Of a stretch of DNA of 37,184 nucleotides, positions 9,101-17,314 are shown one piece after another; position 1 is the stretch's first letter, and each line of letters opens with the position of its first letter. The position numbers were made by a program, and so were the translations under genes. The notes beneath the pieces were generated by a model, which saw only the letters and a list, made by a program, of their open reading frames with translations, made no database searches and was not told where the DNA came from. The DNA lies in assembly GCA_039933375.1 (NCBI GenBank), contig JBDTOF010000114.1:1-37184 (forward strand). The letters are read 5' to 3'. The DNA is from Chloroflexota bacterium (GTDB taxonomy: Bacteria; Chloroflexota; Limnocylindria; Limnocylindrales; CSP1-4).

Positions 9101-9634
9101 GCCGGTCACGACCGACAGCGTCTCTGGCGGAATGCCCTGGAGCTGCTCCAGGCGGGCCGCATAGACGCACATCTGCATGATGGCTGCGGCCTTCACGAGA
9201 CTCGCAAGCTTCGTGTCGGCGACGTCGTAGCTCCACGTACCGAGGCGCGACGGTCGGTCGTCTCGACGGACCAGGAAATCGGGATGCCCGCGCCAGCGAC
9301 CATCGAAGAACGTGCCCTGGAAGATCACGTCCGCACCCGCCTCCATCGCGGCCACCGTCTCGGCTTCCGCGGCACACAGCTCGTCGGGCGTTCGCGGATC
9401 CCGGAGCTGCATCTCAGTGACGGTCCGGCCCGCTGAGGTCAGACGGGCGATCTCCTGCTGCTCATGCTGGTAACCGCGCTTCCGTAGCAGGTCGAGCTGC
9501 GGATCGGTGTGGAACGGTTTCTCGATCTCGCCGCGGGCGCGCGCCATCTCGAGGGTGACCAGGTGGTCGCACTCGAGGAATCCGACTAGATCAGTGGCCG
9601 AGACGACGAGCGTCCCGTCTTCATGACGCTGCAC
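6137..9634 (-). CDS. RecB/Cas4-like PD-(D/E)xK nuclease (TM0106-type) + RNase H-like domain + SF1B (Dna2/Upf1-like) helicase fusion
   Basis: 1165 aa. The N-terminus has C22 plus C228-x2-C231-x5-C237 (Cas4/AddB-type Fe-S spacing), HPDF, D-T-K and QMCVY nuclease motifs. The middle has VFFDLEADP...EYLFGW...IYHYGGYE (RNase H-like fold). The C-terminus has Walker A GPPGTGKT, VLFIDEAGQF and VDKFQGREAPIAIYS. Confidence 0.85.
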   Translation of the reverse strand: MQRHEDGTLVVSATDLVGFLECDHLVTLEMARARGEIEKPFHTDPQLDLLRKRGYQHEQQEIARLTSAGRTVTEMQLRDPRTPDELCAAEAETVAAMEAGADVIFQGTFFDGRWRGHPDFLVRRDDRPSRLGTWSYDVADTKLASLVKAAAIMQMCVYAARLEQLQGIPPETLSVVTGDASTHAYRFGDYAAYFRRSRARFEDRVFGTAAMAGGAAQVPTYPEPVAHCDICPWWTACMDRRRADDHLSIVAGATRVQRRKLIDADVATGTALATLDPDQRIAKMAPRIQDRLRRQAALQLERRSTGVPRFELLAPEERDPGKGLAALPSPSPLDVFFDLEADPLAMDGGLEYLFGWVEAIPAGEPEFHLTWAHDRAAEKAALESFVDMVMERRGRDPGMHIYHYGGYETGAVKRLMQRHATREDEIDVLLRAGGFVNLYDHVVRHALLASVERYSIKDLEVFYLPKREGGITNAGFSIVEYERWIDEGSPEILEAIAAYNRDDCISNLKLRDWLEERRTQALAEHPDWYPDGTVPRPGQREGDPDKDLAEKAVITRGREDALKAGLPIAREDRTDDQQATWLLAGLLDWHRREAKPAWWDQYRLREAAAEELLEDASSLADLAFAEDRGPIARSVIRRYRFDPDQDHKVDAGKSFNALWPDPDAKPSSLDVLAIDPVAGWIDLKMSSKAAHPRALIPTGPMRTDEQWKALGRIGDAAIASGLGGLERYPAARDALLGRPPDLESVLAGGALLRPGADALTTARRLGLELREGVLPIQGPPGTGKTYTAARMILDLVAAGRQVGVTAQSHRVIANALESIARAARDEGRTVHIAQKTDDEALTPDWANVARLGTNDAARDGLSEGRFDVVGGTAWLWAREEMEGSVDVLFIDEAGQFSLADTLAVSVAGPSLVLLGDPNQLPQVSSGTHPEGAEASALEHLVRGERTIAPERGLLLDTTYRLHPDINAFISDAFYDGRLETDPANARQSLTDGQPVGGTGVRHVAIDHRDAANRSPEEADWIAGAIELLIGRSWRDRAGHERPLAMDDILVVAPYNAQVAEISRRVEQRLGGRPNVGTVDKFQGREAPIAIYSMTTSTPEDAPRNLEFLYSGNRLNVAVSRAQGLAVVIANPALLAVACRTPEQMRHLNVLCRFVELATPIDPGAS

Positions 9635-9686
9635 AGGCGACCACTCTAGACGGGGGCCGTGTCAGGTTGTCTGACGCGCGGTTGGA

Positions 9687-11075
9687 TCAGACGTCGAACA
9701 GTGCTCGGACCGCAGCCTCGAAGACCTCGGTGTGGCGGTCGACGTCGGCCTCGGTGGTGGCGGGAGACATGAGGGCCATGTTGTGGAATGGGGTCATCAG
9801 GATCCCGCGGTTCATCGCCCACAGGTGGAGAAATCGCTCCAGTTCGAAGTCTCCGTGGTCCCACTGCTCCCGACCGTTGCGGGGAGGTGTGGCCATGAAG
9901 TGGTACTCCGCTCGCGCCCCGAGTCCGGTCACGTGCCAGGGCACATCGTGCCTGGCGATGACGTCATTGACTCCGGCCGCCCAGCGCTCGGCCAGCGGGA
10001 TCATCCGCTCGAACGCCTCGGCCGTCAGCACCTCACCAAGCGTCGCCCGGATCGCAGCCAGCGACAGGGCATAGCCAGCCAGCGTGCCGCCGATGCCGCC
10101 GGCATCCGAGTCCTCGAACGGGACCATCGAGCTGACCTGGCGGGCAACCGCTTCGGTCATCCCGTAGGTCGCGGCCGGAATCCCGCCGCCGATCGTCTTG
10201 CCGATGACGAGCAGGTCCGGCTGGAACCCGCCGAGTGCGGTGACTCCGCCCGGGCCGGCACAGATCGTGTGGGTCTCGTCATGGATCAGGAGCGTGCCGG
10301 TGCGGCGCGTGATGTCGCGGACGCCTTCGAGGTAGCCGGGATCCGGAAGTACGATCCCGACGTTCGTCAGGGCTGGCTCGATGAGCAGCACGGCGACCTG
10401 TCGGTCGGCGAGCGCATGTTCAAGGGCCTCGAGGTCGTTGAACGGGACGACCCGCGTCGTGAGTGCCGGGTCCACCGGCGGCCCGATGTTCCCTCGCCGA
10501 GGGATCACAGTGCCGTCGTCGGCCAGCGAGGCGAAGGTCTCGTCCACGGTCCCGTGGTAGTTCCGATCGTGCACGGCCACGTACGGCCGACCGGTGATGA
10601 GTCGCGCCAGGCGGAGCGCGAACCGGTTCGCGTCCGTTGCGGTCAGCGTGAATTGCCAGAGCGGCAGCCCGAATCGCCGGCTGAGCTCCTCGCCGGCCCA
10701 GATGGCGTCCTCGGTTGGGAGCATGTGGGTGATCCCGCGTCGCATCTGGCGCTCGACCGCGGCAATCGTGGGGGCCGGGCCATGGCCGGCCATCGCTCCG
10801 GTGTCACCGAGGCAGAAGTCGATGTAGTCGTGGCCGTCCACATCCGTGAAGTGGGCGCCAGAGGCGACGTCGACGTAGAGCGGGAACGCGCCCGCCCACT
10901 TGATCATCCAGTTCATCGGAACCCCGTCCACGAGGGACCGCTGGGCGCGCTCGTGGAGCGCCTGGGCTCGCGGATGGCGGGCGACGAAGTCAGCCTGCTC
11001 AAGCGCCATCAGGCTGGCCAGGCGACCCCGATCAAGATTCTTCACGTTGGGCTCACTGCTTCGGCTGTCGTTCAC
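9687..11075 (-). CDS. Class III (GSA aminomutase-like) PLP-dependent aminotransferase
   Basis: 462 aa. Motifs are DFCLGDTGAMAGH, LLIHDETH, and the PLP-lysine context DLLVIGKTIGGGIP. Confidence 0.85.
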   Translation of the reverse strand: MNDSRSSEPNVKNLDRGRLASLMALEQADFVARHPRAQALHERAQRSLVDGVPMNWMIKWAGAFPLYVDVASGAHFTDVDGHDYIDFCLGDTGAMAGHGPAPTIAAVERQMRRGITHMLPTEDAIWAGEELSRRFGLPLWQFTLTATDANRFALRLARLITGRPYVAVHDRNYHGTVDETFASLADDGTVIPRRGNIGPPVDPALTTRVVPFNDLEALEHALADRQVAVLLIEPALTNVGIVLPDPGYLEGVRDITRRTGTLLIHDETHTICAGPGGVTALGGFQPDLLVIGKTIGGGIPAATYGMTEAVARQVSSMVPFEDSDAGGIGGTLAGYALSLAAIRATLGEVLTAEAFERMIPLAERWAAGVNDVIARHDVPWHVTGLGARAEYHFMATPPRNGREQWDHGDFELERFLHLWAMNRGILMTPFHNMALMSPATTEADVDRHTEVFEAAVRALFDV

Positions 11076-11156
11076 CGATCATCGTCGATCAGGGGACTTC
11101 GCGGGCAGTGGTTGCGACGGTCGGGCCGGCAGCGGCCGGCATCGGCCGGTTCAGGG

Positions 11157-11345
11157 TCAGTCGAGGCGGCGGTGGAACCCGCAGACCGGGCAGATCGCCA
11201 TCTGGCGGTCCCCGTCGATCTCCAGAAAGCTTGGGCAGCCGTTGGTGCTGCAGAAGAGCCGACTTGAGGCGTTGACGCGTCGGCGCAGGCGGCGTATCGA
11301 GGCCGACCGCCCGACGGTGGTGGTATGGAGTGATCGTGAAAGCAT
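11157..11345 (-). CDS. Small zinc-ribbon protein (hypothetical)
   Basis: 62-aa version of ORF 11157..11408. ATG 11345-11343 is preceded by AAGGAA about 10 nt upstream. It has a basic N-terminus, then C-x4-C...C-x2-C (FCSTNGCPSF...ICPVCG). No family is recognised. Confidence 0.45.
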   Translation of the reverse strand: MLSRSLHTTTVGRSASIRRLRRRVNASSRLFCSTNGCPSFLEIDGDRQMAICPVCGFHRRLD

Positions 11346-11742
11346 GTGCTTGTTGTTCCTTTGGCCGTCGTTCCTGGGCGTGATGGACCCGGCGACTTCA
11401 GCCACCATGTGCAGCGAACCGCGTTGTGATGCAGCCCGGTGCGATGAGAGATCCGGTCGGTGATCGCGGGAGCGAGTCGATTCGGTTCAAAGACTCGATC
11501 GATGCTCTAGACCTGCGGCCGTCAATTCGGATCCGTTTGACCTTGCCAGTATGTGCGGCAGCGGCGGATCTGTCCACCGTACCTTCGGCCAGCAGCCCTG
11601 CGAGCGGTGTGTTGCGGTCTCGCAATCGAGCCTTCATCGGGGTTTGGTTGTGCATCTGCGACACTCTTGGCAGATTCAATCCCATACGTCCCAGGGCGGT
11701 CTGCCCCTCATAGATTTCAGGCTAGAGGAGATCGTGGCAAGC

Positions 11743-12960
11743 ATGACGACTGACCAGCGTTCCGGCATATCGACCCCTGGGTCGAGCCGCAGCCGACATG
11801 GAATCCATCCGGGTCTCCGCCGTGGGTTCGTGGCGCTTGCCGCGGTCGCCATGGGCCTGACGTCACTCGCTCCAGCGGCGATTGCGGCAGACGCATTGAC
11901 GATCACCACGCCATACCCGGCCGTCGTCGTGGCTCCGGGCTCCCACGTGAGCTTCAATGTCTCGATCAGCACCGCAACCGCAACACGCGTGGCGCTTGCC
12001 CTGTCCGGAGTGCCTGACGCCTGGAAGCCATCCATCCACGGCGGCGGCTTCGTGGTCGACGCAGTCGAAACCAATGGGACTGATCCAGGGACTGTGCGCG
12101 TCGACCTCGATGTCCCGGCCACCGCGACCGGTACGACCAGCGTGACGCTCACGGGTACGTCAGGGAGCGCCAGGGTTGACCTGGTCCTTCAGGTGCGGGC
12201 CGAGGCCAATGCGACCGGAGATGTCACCCTCAAGACCGACTTCCCGAGCCTCAAAGGCCCGTCCACACAGACGTTCAACTTCAACCTGACTTTGGCCAAC
12301 GGGACACCCGAGGACCTGACTTTCTCGGTCAACGCGCAGGGTCCGACCGGCTGGACCGTTCAGGCCAACCTGACCGGGCAGTCGCAGGCAGCAAGCGCGG
12401 TCGTGAAGGCCGGATCGACCTCAGGAGTGACTGTCTCGGCCGTCCCGCCCGCTGGCGTGGCCGCCGGCTCGTACGACTTCGAGGTCGTCGCGGTCGCCGG
12501 CGAGCGCACCATCAAGGGCACGCTGAGTGTCGATATCACGGGCACCTATACACTCAAGATGGACACTCCGGATGGGCGCCTCAACGGGCACGGTCCAGCC
12601 GGCAGCGCCAGCCCGCTGAGCATCGTTCTGACGAACACCGGCACGGCGGAGATCACCAACGTCAAGCTGACCGGGTCGGCTCCCTCCAAATGGGAGGTCA
12701 CCTTCGACCAGGCGACGATCGCTTCGATCCCGGCCGGCCAGTCAGTGACCGTGAGCGCGCAGATCAACCCGTCCGGTGACGCCATCGCCGGCGACTACAA
12801 CCTCACGATTTCTTCGAGCGCAGACCCGTCGGCGCGCGACTCGCTCGACATTCGCTACACGGTCGAGACGTCGGTCGTATGGGGGCTCGTGGGCGTTGCC
12901 CTCATCGTCGCCGTCGGTGCCGGCGTGTGGTGGGTCTTCCAGCGCTACGGCCGGCGGTAA
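11743..12960 (+). CDS. Secreted/anchored NEW3-like (COG1470-type) Ig-fold repeat protein
   Basis: Internal ATG of ORF 11551..12960, with GAGGAG 12 nt upstream. Signal peptide RRGFVALAAVAMGLTSLAPAAIAADA is followed by three roughly 95-aa beta-sandwich-like repeats (e.g. VVAPGSHVSFNVSIS, STQTFNFNLTLAN, SPLSIVLTNTG). The C-terminal TM anchor is VVWGLVGVALIVAVGAGVWWVF. Confidence 0.75.
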   Translation: MTTDQRSGISTPGSSRSRHGIHPGLRRGFVALAAVAMGLTSLAPAAIAADALTITTPYPAVVVAPGSHVSFNVSISTATATRVALALSGVPDAWKPSIHGGGFVVDAVETNGTDPGTVRVDLDVPATATGTTSVTLTGTSGSARVDLVLQVRAEANATGDVTLKTDFPSLKGPSTQTFNFNLTLANGTPEDLTFSVNAQGPTGWTVQANLTGQSQAASAVVKAGSTSGVTVSAVPPAGVAAGSYDFEVVAVAGERTIKGTLSVDITGTYTLKMDTPDGRLNGHGPAGSASPLSIVLTNTGTAEITNVKLTGSAPSKWEVTFDQATIASIPAGQSVTVSAQINPSGDAIAGDYNLTISSSADPSARDSLDIRYTVETSVVWGLVGVALIVAVGAGVWWVFQRYGRR

Positions 12961-12963
12961 GCC

Positions 12964-14031
12964 GTGACGGACGTCGCGCCGGCACGGCCCAGTCGCCGCC
13001 GTCGGTCCTCACCTGTTGCCGATCCGGTCGCTGCATCGGCGCCAATTCGAACACGAGCGCTGACGAAGCGCTACGGGGACATCGTGGCTGTGGATGCACT
13101 CGACCTCGAGGTTCGAGCGGGTGAGATCTTCGGCCTGCTCGGTCAGAACGGAGCCGGCAAGACCACGACCATCCTGATGCTCCTCGGGCTCACCGAGCCA
13201 TCGGGAGGGGCCGCTCGGGTCATCGGCCTGGACCCGGCACGCCGACCGCTCGAGGTCAAGCGCCGCGTGGGCTACCTGCCCGATTCGGTCGGCTTCTACG
13301 GGGACCTCACAGGTCGCGAGAACCTCCGTTATACGGCGCGCCTCAACGGCCTGACAAATGAGGAGACCGAGGGACAGATCGAACATGTCCTCGAGCAGGT
13401 AGGACTCGTGGGGCGGGCTGACACCGCCACCGACACCTACTCGCGGGGCATGTTGCAGCGACTCGGGATCGCCGATGCGCTGCTCAAGAGCCCGGATGTC
13501 CTGATCCTCGACGAGCCGACCACGTCGATCGACCCGATCGGCGTCGTCGAAATCCTCGACCTGCTCCGTACCCTCGTCCGGGAGCGCGGGACCACGATCC
13601 TGCTGTCCAGTCATCTCCTGAGCCAGGTGCAGTCCGTGTGCGACCGCGTCGGCATCTTCGCGGCCGGGCGCTTGATCGGCGTCGGTACCGTCGCCGAGTT
13701 GGCGGAGCGGTTCGGAGACGGTGCCGCGCATCTCGAAGTCACCGTTGCCGCCGACGAGGGCGATGCGGTCGGACCGGATCCGGAGGCAGCCCTTCGGGCC
13801 ATCGAGCACGTCGAATCGGTGTCGTGGGATCCCGCCGCAGCCGTGTGGCGCGCCTCGGTCCGTCCGGCCTCGGAATCGGGTCGGGTGCGGGAGGCGATTC
13901 TCCGGGCTGCGGTGGAGCAGGGCCTGCGGCTGACATCGCTTCGGGCGATTGCCCCGTCCCTCGATGAGATCTACCGGATCGCCGTGGCGGGCATGAGCCG
14001 TTCCGGCTTCACGACGGAGGTCGGATCATGA
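12964..14031 (+). CDS. ABC transporter ATP-binding protein (ABC-2 type, with C-terminal accessory domain)
   Basis: GTG start. Walker [10 protein letters not shown], signature [10 protein letters not shown], Walker B VLILDEPT. It starts 3 nt after the NEW3 gene stop. Confidence 0.9.
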   Translation: MTDVAPARPSRRRRSSPVADPVAASAPIRTRALTKRYGDIVAVDALDLEVRAGEIFGLLGQNGAGKTTTILMLLGLTEPSGGAARVIGLDPARRPLEVKRRVGYLPDSVGFYGDLTGRENLRYTARLNGLTNEETEGQIEHVLEQVGLVGRADTATDTYSRGMLQRLGIADALLKSPDVLILDEPTTSIDPIGVVEILDLLRTLVRERGTTILLSSHLLSQVQSVCDRVGIFAAGRLIGVGTVAELAERFGDGAAHLEVTVAADEGDAVGPDPEAALRAIEHVESVSWDPAAAVWRASVRPASESGRVREAILRAAVEQGLRLTSLRAIAPSLDEIYRIAVAGMSRSGFTTEVGS

Positions 14032-15035
14032 CCGCTGACGCCCGCCCGGCATCGCCCGGGCTCGCAGGCCGCGACGCCGGCTGGCTGGTCGTGGCCCGCA
14101 AGGAGTTCGCGGACCATCTCTCGAGCGCCCGTTTCGTCGTGCTCATGCTGGTCCTGGGTGTGGCTGCCATCGTGCCGCTCTACTTCGCATCCGATGCAAT
14201 CCGGTCGGTCGCGTCGCAGGTCGTCGATTCGCGAGACGCATTCCTCGCCTTGTTCCTCGTCAGCCCCAAGGAGGTGCCGATCCCCAACGTCTTCAACTTC
14301 GTCGGCATCGTGGCGCCCCTGCTGGGTGTGGCGTTCGCATTCGATGCCATCAACAGCGAGCGGACCGACGGCACCTTGCCGCGGCTCCTGTCCCAACCGA
14401 TCTATCGGGACGATGTGGTCAACGGCAAGTTCGCTGCCGGGCTGGCGGCCATCACCCTTGTCCTGCTCGTCGTCGTCGGCGTCATCTCCGGCTTCGGGAT
14501 CGTTCGCCTCGGCATCGTCCCGAGTGCGGACGAGGTGGTCAGGCTACTCGCCTGGGTCGTGCTGACGATCCTGTGGGTCAGTCTCTGGCTTGCCTTCGGG
14601 CTCCTCCTGTCGGTGCTCGTCCGGCGCGCGGCCACGGCTGCGCTGATCGGGTTCGGCGTCTGGCTCCTGGTCGCCATCTTCGGCCAGTTGATCGTCAGCC
14701 TGGTCGCCGGGATCCTGGCACCAGTGGCGAGTGCCGGGTCCATCGAGCAGGCGCTGTCGCTGACCGCCCTGTCGACGGCCATCGCGCGAATCCTGCCGCT
14801 GACCCTGTACCAGGAAGCCTCAGCGGTACTCCTCAACCCGAGCGTGACGACCGTGTCCACGCCAACGACCATCGGGCAGTGGCAGCAGTGGCAGCAGCAG
14901 GCGCAGGGCCAGGTGATGTCGTTCGACCAGAGCGCGCTCCTGGTCTGGCCGCACGTGATCGCCCTGTTTGCAATGACGGCGATCTGCTTCGCGGCGGCCT
15001 ACGTCTGGTTCATGCGCCAGGAGGTTCGGGCGTAG
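14028..15035 (+). CDS. ABC-2 family transporter permease
   Basis: ATGA overlap with the ATPase gene, and GGAGG 7 nt upstream. About 6 hydrophobic helices, with a large loop after TM1. Confidence 0.8.
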   Translation: MTADARPASPGLAGRDAGWLVVARKEFADHLSSARFVVLMLVLGVAAIVPLYFASDAIRSVASQVVDSRDAFLALFLVSPKEVPIPNVFNFVGIVAPLLGVAFAFDAINSERTDGTLPRLLSQPIYRDDVVNGKFAAGLAAITLVLLVVVGVISGFGIVRLGIVPSADEVVRLLAWVVLTILWVSLWLAFGLLLSVLVRRAATAALIGFGVWLLVAIFGQLIVSLVAGILAPVASAGSIEQALSLTALSTAIARILPLTLYQEASAVLLNPSVTTVSTPTTIGQWQQWQQQAQGQVMSFDQSALLVWPHVIALFAMTAICFAAAYVWFMRQEVRA

Positions 15036-15050
15036 GGATACGCTAGAGGC

Positions 15051-15716
15051 ATGCCCCAGCCGCCCTGCTCCTGCTGCTACGACGACGCGTTCGATCAGGC
15101 GCACGCTCAGCGGGTCCTGCGCGACTATCGGAAGAAGGGCCCGGGCCGGGCCTCCGTCGCCGTCGCCGACGCCCTCGCCGGTGACGATGCAACCGGCATG
15201 ACGGTCCTCGACATCGGCGCCGGCGTCGGATCCGTCCATCACCAGTTGTTGGCCCGTGGCGCGAGTTCCGCGACCGACGTGGATGCCTCGGGCCCGTACC
15301 TCGCCGCGGCTCGTGAAGAGGCGGAGCGACGCGGCCTGACTGAGCGCGTGACCCACCTGCACGGTGACTTCGTCGAGCGGGCTCCCGAGGTCGAGCCTGC
15401 CGACCTCGTCGCCCTCGACCGTGTTGTCTGCTGCTACGTGGACATGCCCCAGCTCGTGGGGCGCGCTGCCGAGCGTACGCGCCGCCGGTTGGCCATCACC
15501 CTGCCGCCCGATCTGGCGATCGCCCGATTTGCGATCCGGATCCTCAACGCCTGGGAGTGGATCACACGCTCCAACTTCCGGGTCCAGGCGCATCCTCACG
15601 CGGCCGTGGTGGCCGCCGCCCGAGCCGCCGGGCTCGAACCGGTGTCTGCCGCCTACATCGGGACGTGGCGACTGTTGGTCTTCGAACGACCCGAGGTCAG
15701 CGCGGGTAGCCGGTAA
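15051..15716 (+). CDS. Class I SAM-dependent methyltransferase
   Basis: SAM motif I is VLDIGAGVGSVHHQLL. The N-terminus has a Cys cluster (CSCC) and LRDYRKKG. DRVVCCY is also present. Its 3' end overlaps the convergent FGGY kinase gene by 20 nt. Confidence 0.8.
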   Translation: MPQPPCSCCYDDAFDQAHAQRVLRDYRKKGPGRASVAVADALAGDDATGMTVLDIGAGVGSVHHQLLARGASSATDVDASGPYLAAAREEAERRGLTERVTHLHGDFVERAPEVEPADLVALDRVVCCYVDMPQLVGRAAERTRRRLAITLPPDLAIARFAIRILNAWEWITRSNFRVQAHPHAAVVAAARAAGLEPVSAAYIGTWRLLVFERPEVSAGSR

Positions 15717-17256
15717 TCCGCCGAATCTCCCGATACAGCGGCCGAAGCCGGTCGTACATCGGCAGGTAGACGCCCCGGAATAGCTCGTCGTACATCCGGC
15801 TAGCGTCGCGGGATGGCTCGAAGCGATCGCGGATCCGGACCATTTCGGCAACCGCCGTCACAGGATCCGGATGGAGTCCGATGCCCAGGGCCGCGTCGAT
15901 GGCCGCACCCAGCCCGGCGGCCTCGTGGGTATGCGGTCGGCTGGCGGGTATCCCGAAGACGTCGGCGAACAGCTGGACCGCGGCCGTTGACTGAGATCCG
16001 CCTCCCGAGATGCGCAGCTCTCGGATCGGGACTTTGCTCCGCCGGACGGTCCGCTCGGCGCCCTCGCGCAGTCCGTAGGCAAGGCCCTCGAGGATGGCCC
16101 TGTAGACGTGAGCCCGGCCGTGGACGTCGCCGAAGCCGATCATGGCGCCCTTCGCCTCGGGCCCGGGATAGCGCACGCCGGGCATCCAGTATGGCTGGAC
16201 CATCAGGCCCATTGACCCCGGCGGAGACGCGGCCAGTAGATCCTCGAACAGTGCCTCGGGCGGGACGTCGAGGACGGCGCCTCGGGCGATCTCGTCGGCA
16301 CCGAATTCACGCTTGAACCACTCCACCATCCAGAACCCGCGCAGGACCTGGAGCTCCAGCAGCCACGCCCCCTTGATCGCCGCTGGATAGGGGGGCACGA
16401 GCGGGATGGCTTCGAGGTAGCGTCGATGGGTGGTCCCGATGGTGGCGGTGGTCCCGAATGACAGCGCCGCGACATCGGGCGTCACCGCGCCGGCGCCAAG
16501 CGCCTCAGCCTGCTTGTCGCCGGCCGACGCGACCATCGGGAGCGTGCTCGTCAGGCCGAGGTGTTGAGCCGCGGCGGGTGTCAGCTCCCCAAGGATCTCG
16601 GTCGGGTCCACCAACTCGGGAAGCCATGCACGATCGAAGTGCGCCACCTGCCATTTCCAGTCCAGCCGCCCGGCCCACCGGGAGCGCTTGAAGTCGAACG
16701 GCAGGTAACCGATCTGGGCAGCCGATGAATCCACCCATCGACCGACGAGGCGAGCCGTGAGCCACGACGACAGGACGCCGTACCGGCGGATCCGATTCCA
16801 GACGGATGGCTCGTGGCGTTCGATCCAGTTGGCCTCGCAGTCGGCCTGGAAGCGGGCAACCGTTTCCTCGACCCGGGCCGCCCGAAAGGCAAGGCCCCAG
16901 GCTCCGCCGACGGGTGCCAGATCCTCGGTCTGTCGCTGGTCCAGCCAGACGATCGCGGGACGAAGTGGCGTCCCGTTCTCGTCGGCGACGACGACGGTCA
17001 CCCGCTGCGTGGTCAGTGAGATGGCCGCAACCGCGTCCGGCCTGGCCGCCGGGTCGGCCCACAACCGGCGACACGCTTCGCCGATGGCAACCCACCAGGT
17101 CTCGGGATCCTGCTCCGCCCAGCCGGGCCTGGGAGAAACGTACGGCTCGAGCGGCACTCGACCCATCGCCAAGAGTGCCCCGCGCGGATCGAACAGGAGC
17201 GCTCGGACGCTCTGCGTCCCAACGTCAATCGCGAGGAGGTGATCCGCGGAGCTCAT
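15697..17256 (-). CDS. FGGY-family carbohydrate kinase (xylulokinase-like)
   Basis: 519 aa. Motifs are LLAIDVGTQSVRALLFD, GWAEQDPETWW and ISGGGSQS. Confidence 0.85.
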   Translation of the reverse strand: MSSADHLLAIDVGTQSVRALLFDPRGALLAMGRVPLEPYVSPRPGWAEQDPETWWVAIGEACRRLWADPAARPDAVAAISLTTQRVTVVVADENGTPLRPAIVWLDQRQTEDLAPVGGAWGLAFRAARVEETVARFQADCEANWIERHEPSVWNRIRRYGVLSSWLTARLVGRWVDSSAAQIGYLPFDFKRSRWAGRLDWKWQVAHFDRAWLPELVDPTEILGELTPAAAQHLGLTSTLPMVASAGDKQAEALGAGAVTPDVAALSFGTTATIGTTHRRYLEAIPLVPPYPAAIKGAWLLELQVLRGFWMVEWFKREFGADEIARGAVLDVPPEALFEDLLAASPPGSMGLMVQPYWMPGVRYPGPEAKGAMIGFGDVHGRAHVYRAILEGLAYGLREGAERTVRRSKVPIRELRISGGGSQSTAAVQLFADVFGIPASRPHTHEAAGLGAAIDAALGIGLHPDPVTAVAEMVRIRDRFEPSRDASRMYDELFRGVYLPMYDRLRPLYREIRRITGYPR

Positions 17257-17314
17257 CGGCGCGCCATCGGCATATCGTGCCTGATCGGCCGTGACGCGGG
17301 GAAGCCGCTGACGT

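Noticed and set aside
7704-9377. Very long alternative-frame or antisense ORFs. Examples are 7704..9377 (557 aa), 9732..11267 (511 aa), 32656..33753 (365 aa), 35716..36900 (394 aa), 14820..15851 (343 aa), 95..1168 (357 aa) and 4361..5440 (359 aa).
   Set aside because: Their translations are Arg/Pro/Gly/Ala-rich with no recognisable motifs. They overlap genes that have clear family signatures in another frame or strand. This is the expected stop-codon-poor artefact of about 70% GC DNA.
9658-9678. Hairpin CGTGTCAG-gttgt-CTGACGCG between the aminotransferase stop and the nuclease-helicase start, considered as a possible terminator.
   Set aside because: On the transcribed (minus) strand the stem is interrupted by an A/C mismatch, leaving 5+2 bp, and there is no U-tract. 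This is too weak to call, so the genes may be co-transcribed.
11398-11713. Two 95-aa ORFs (11398..11685 minus, 11426..11713 plus) inside the long intergenic region.
   Set aside because: Third-position GC is only about 63% for the minus-strand ORF that I counted, against the much higher bias seen in genuine genes here. There are no motifs, the two ORFs overlap each other, and neither has an RBS.
14876-14911. CAGTGGCAGCAG duplication ([12 protein letters not shown]).
   Set aside because: It lies in-frame inside an extracytoplasmic loop of the ABC-2 permease. It is a short low-complexity coding duplication without independent significance.
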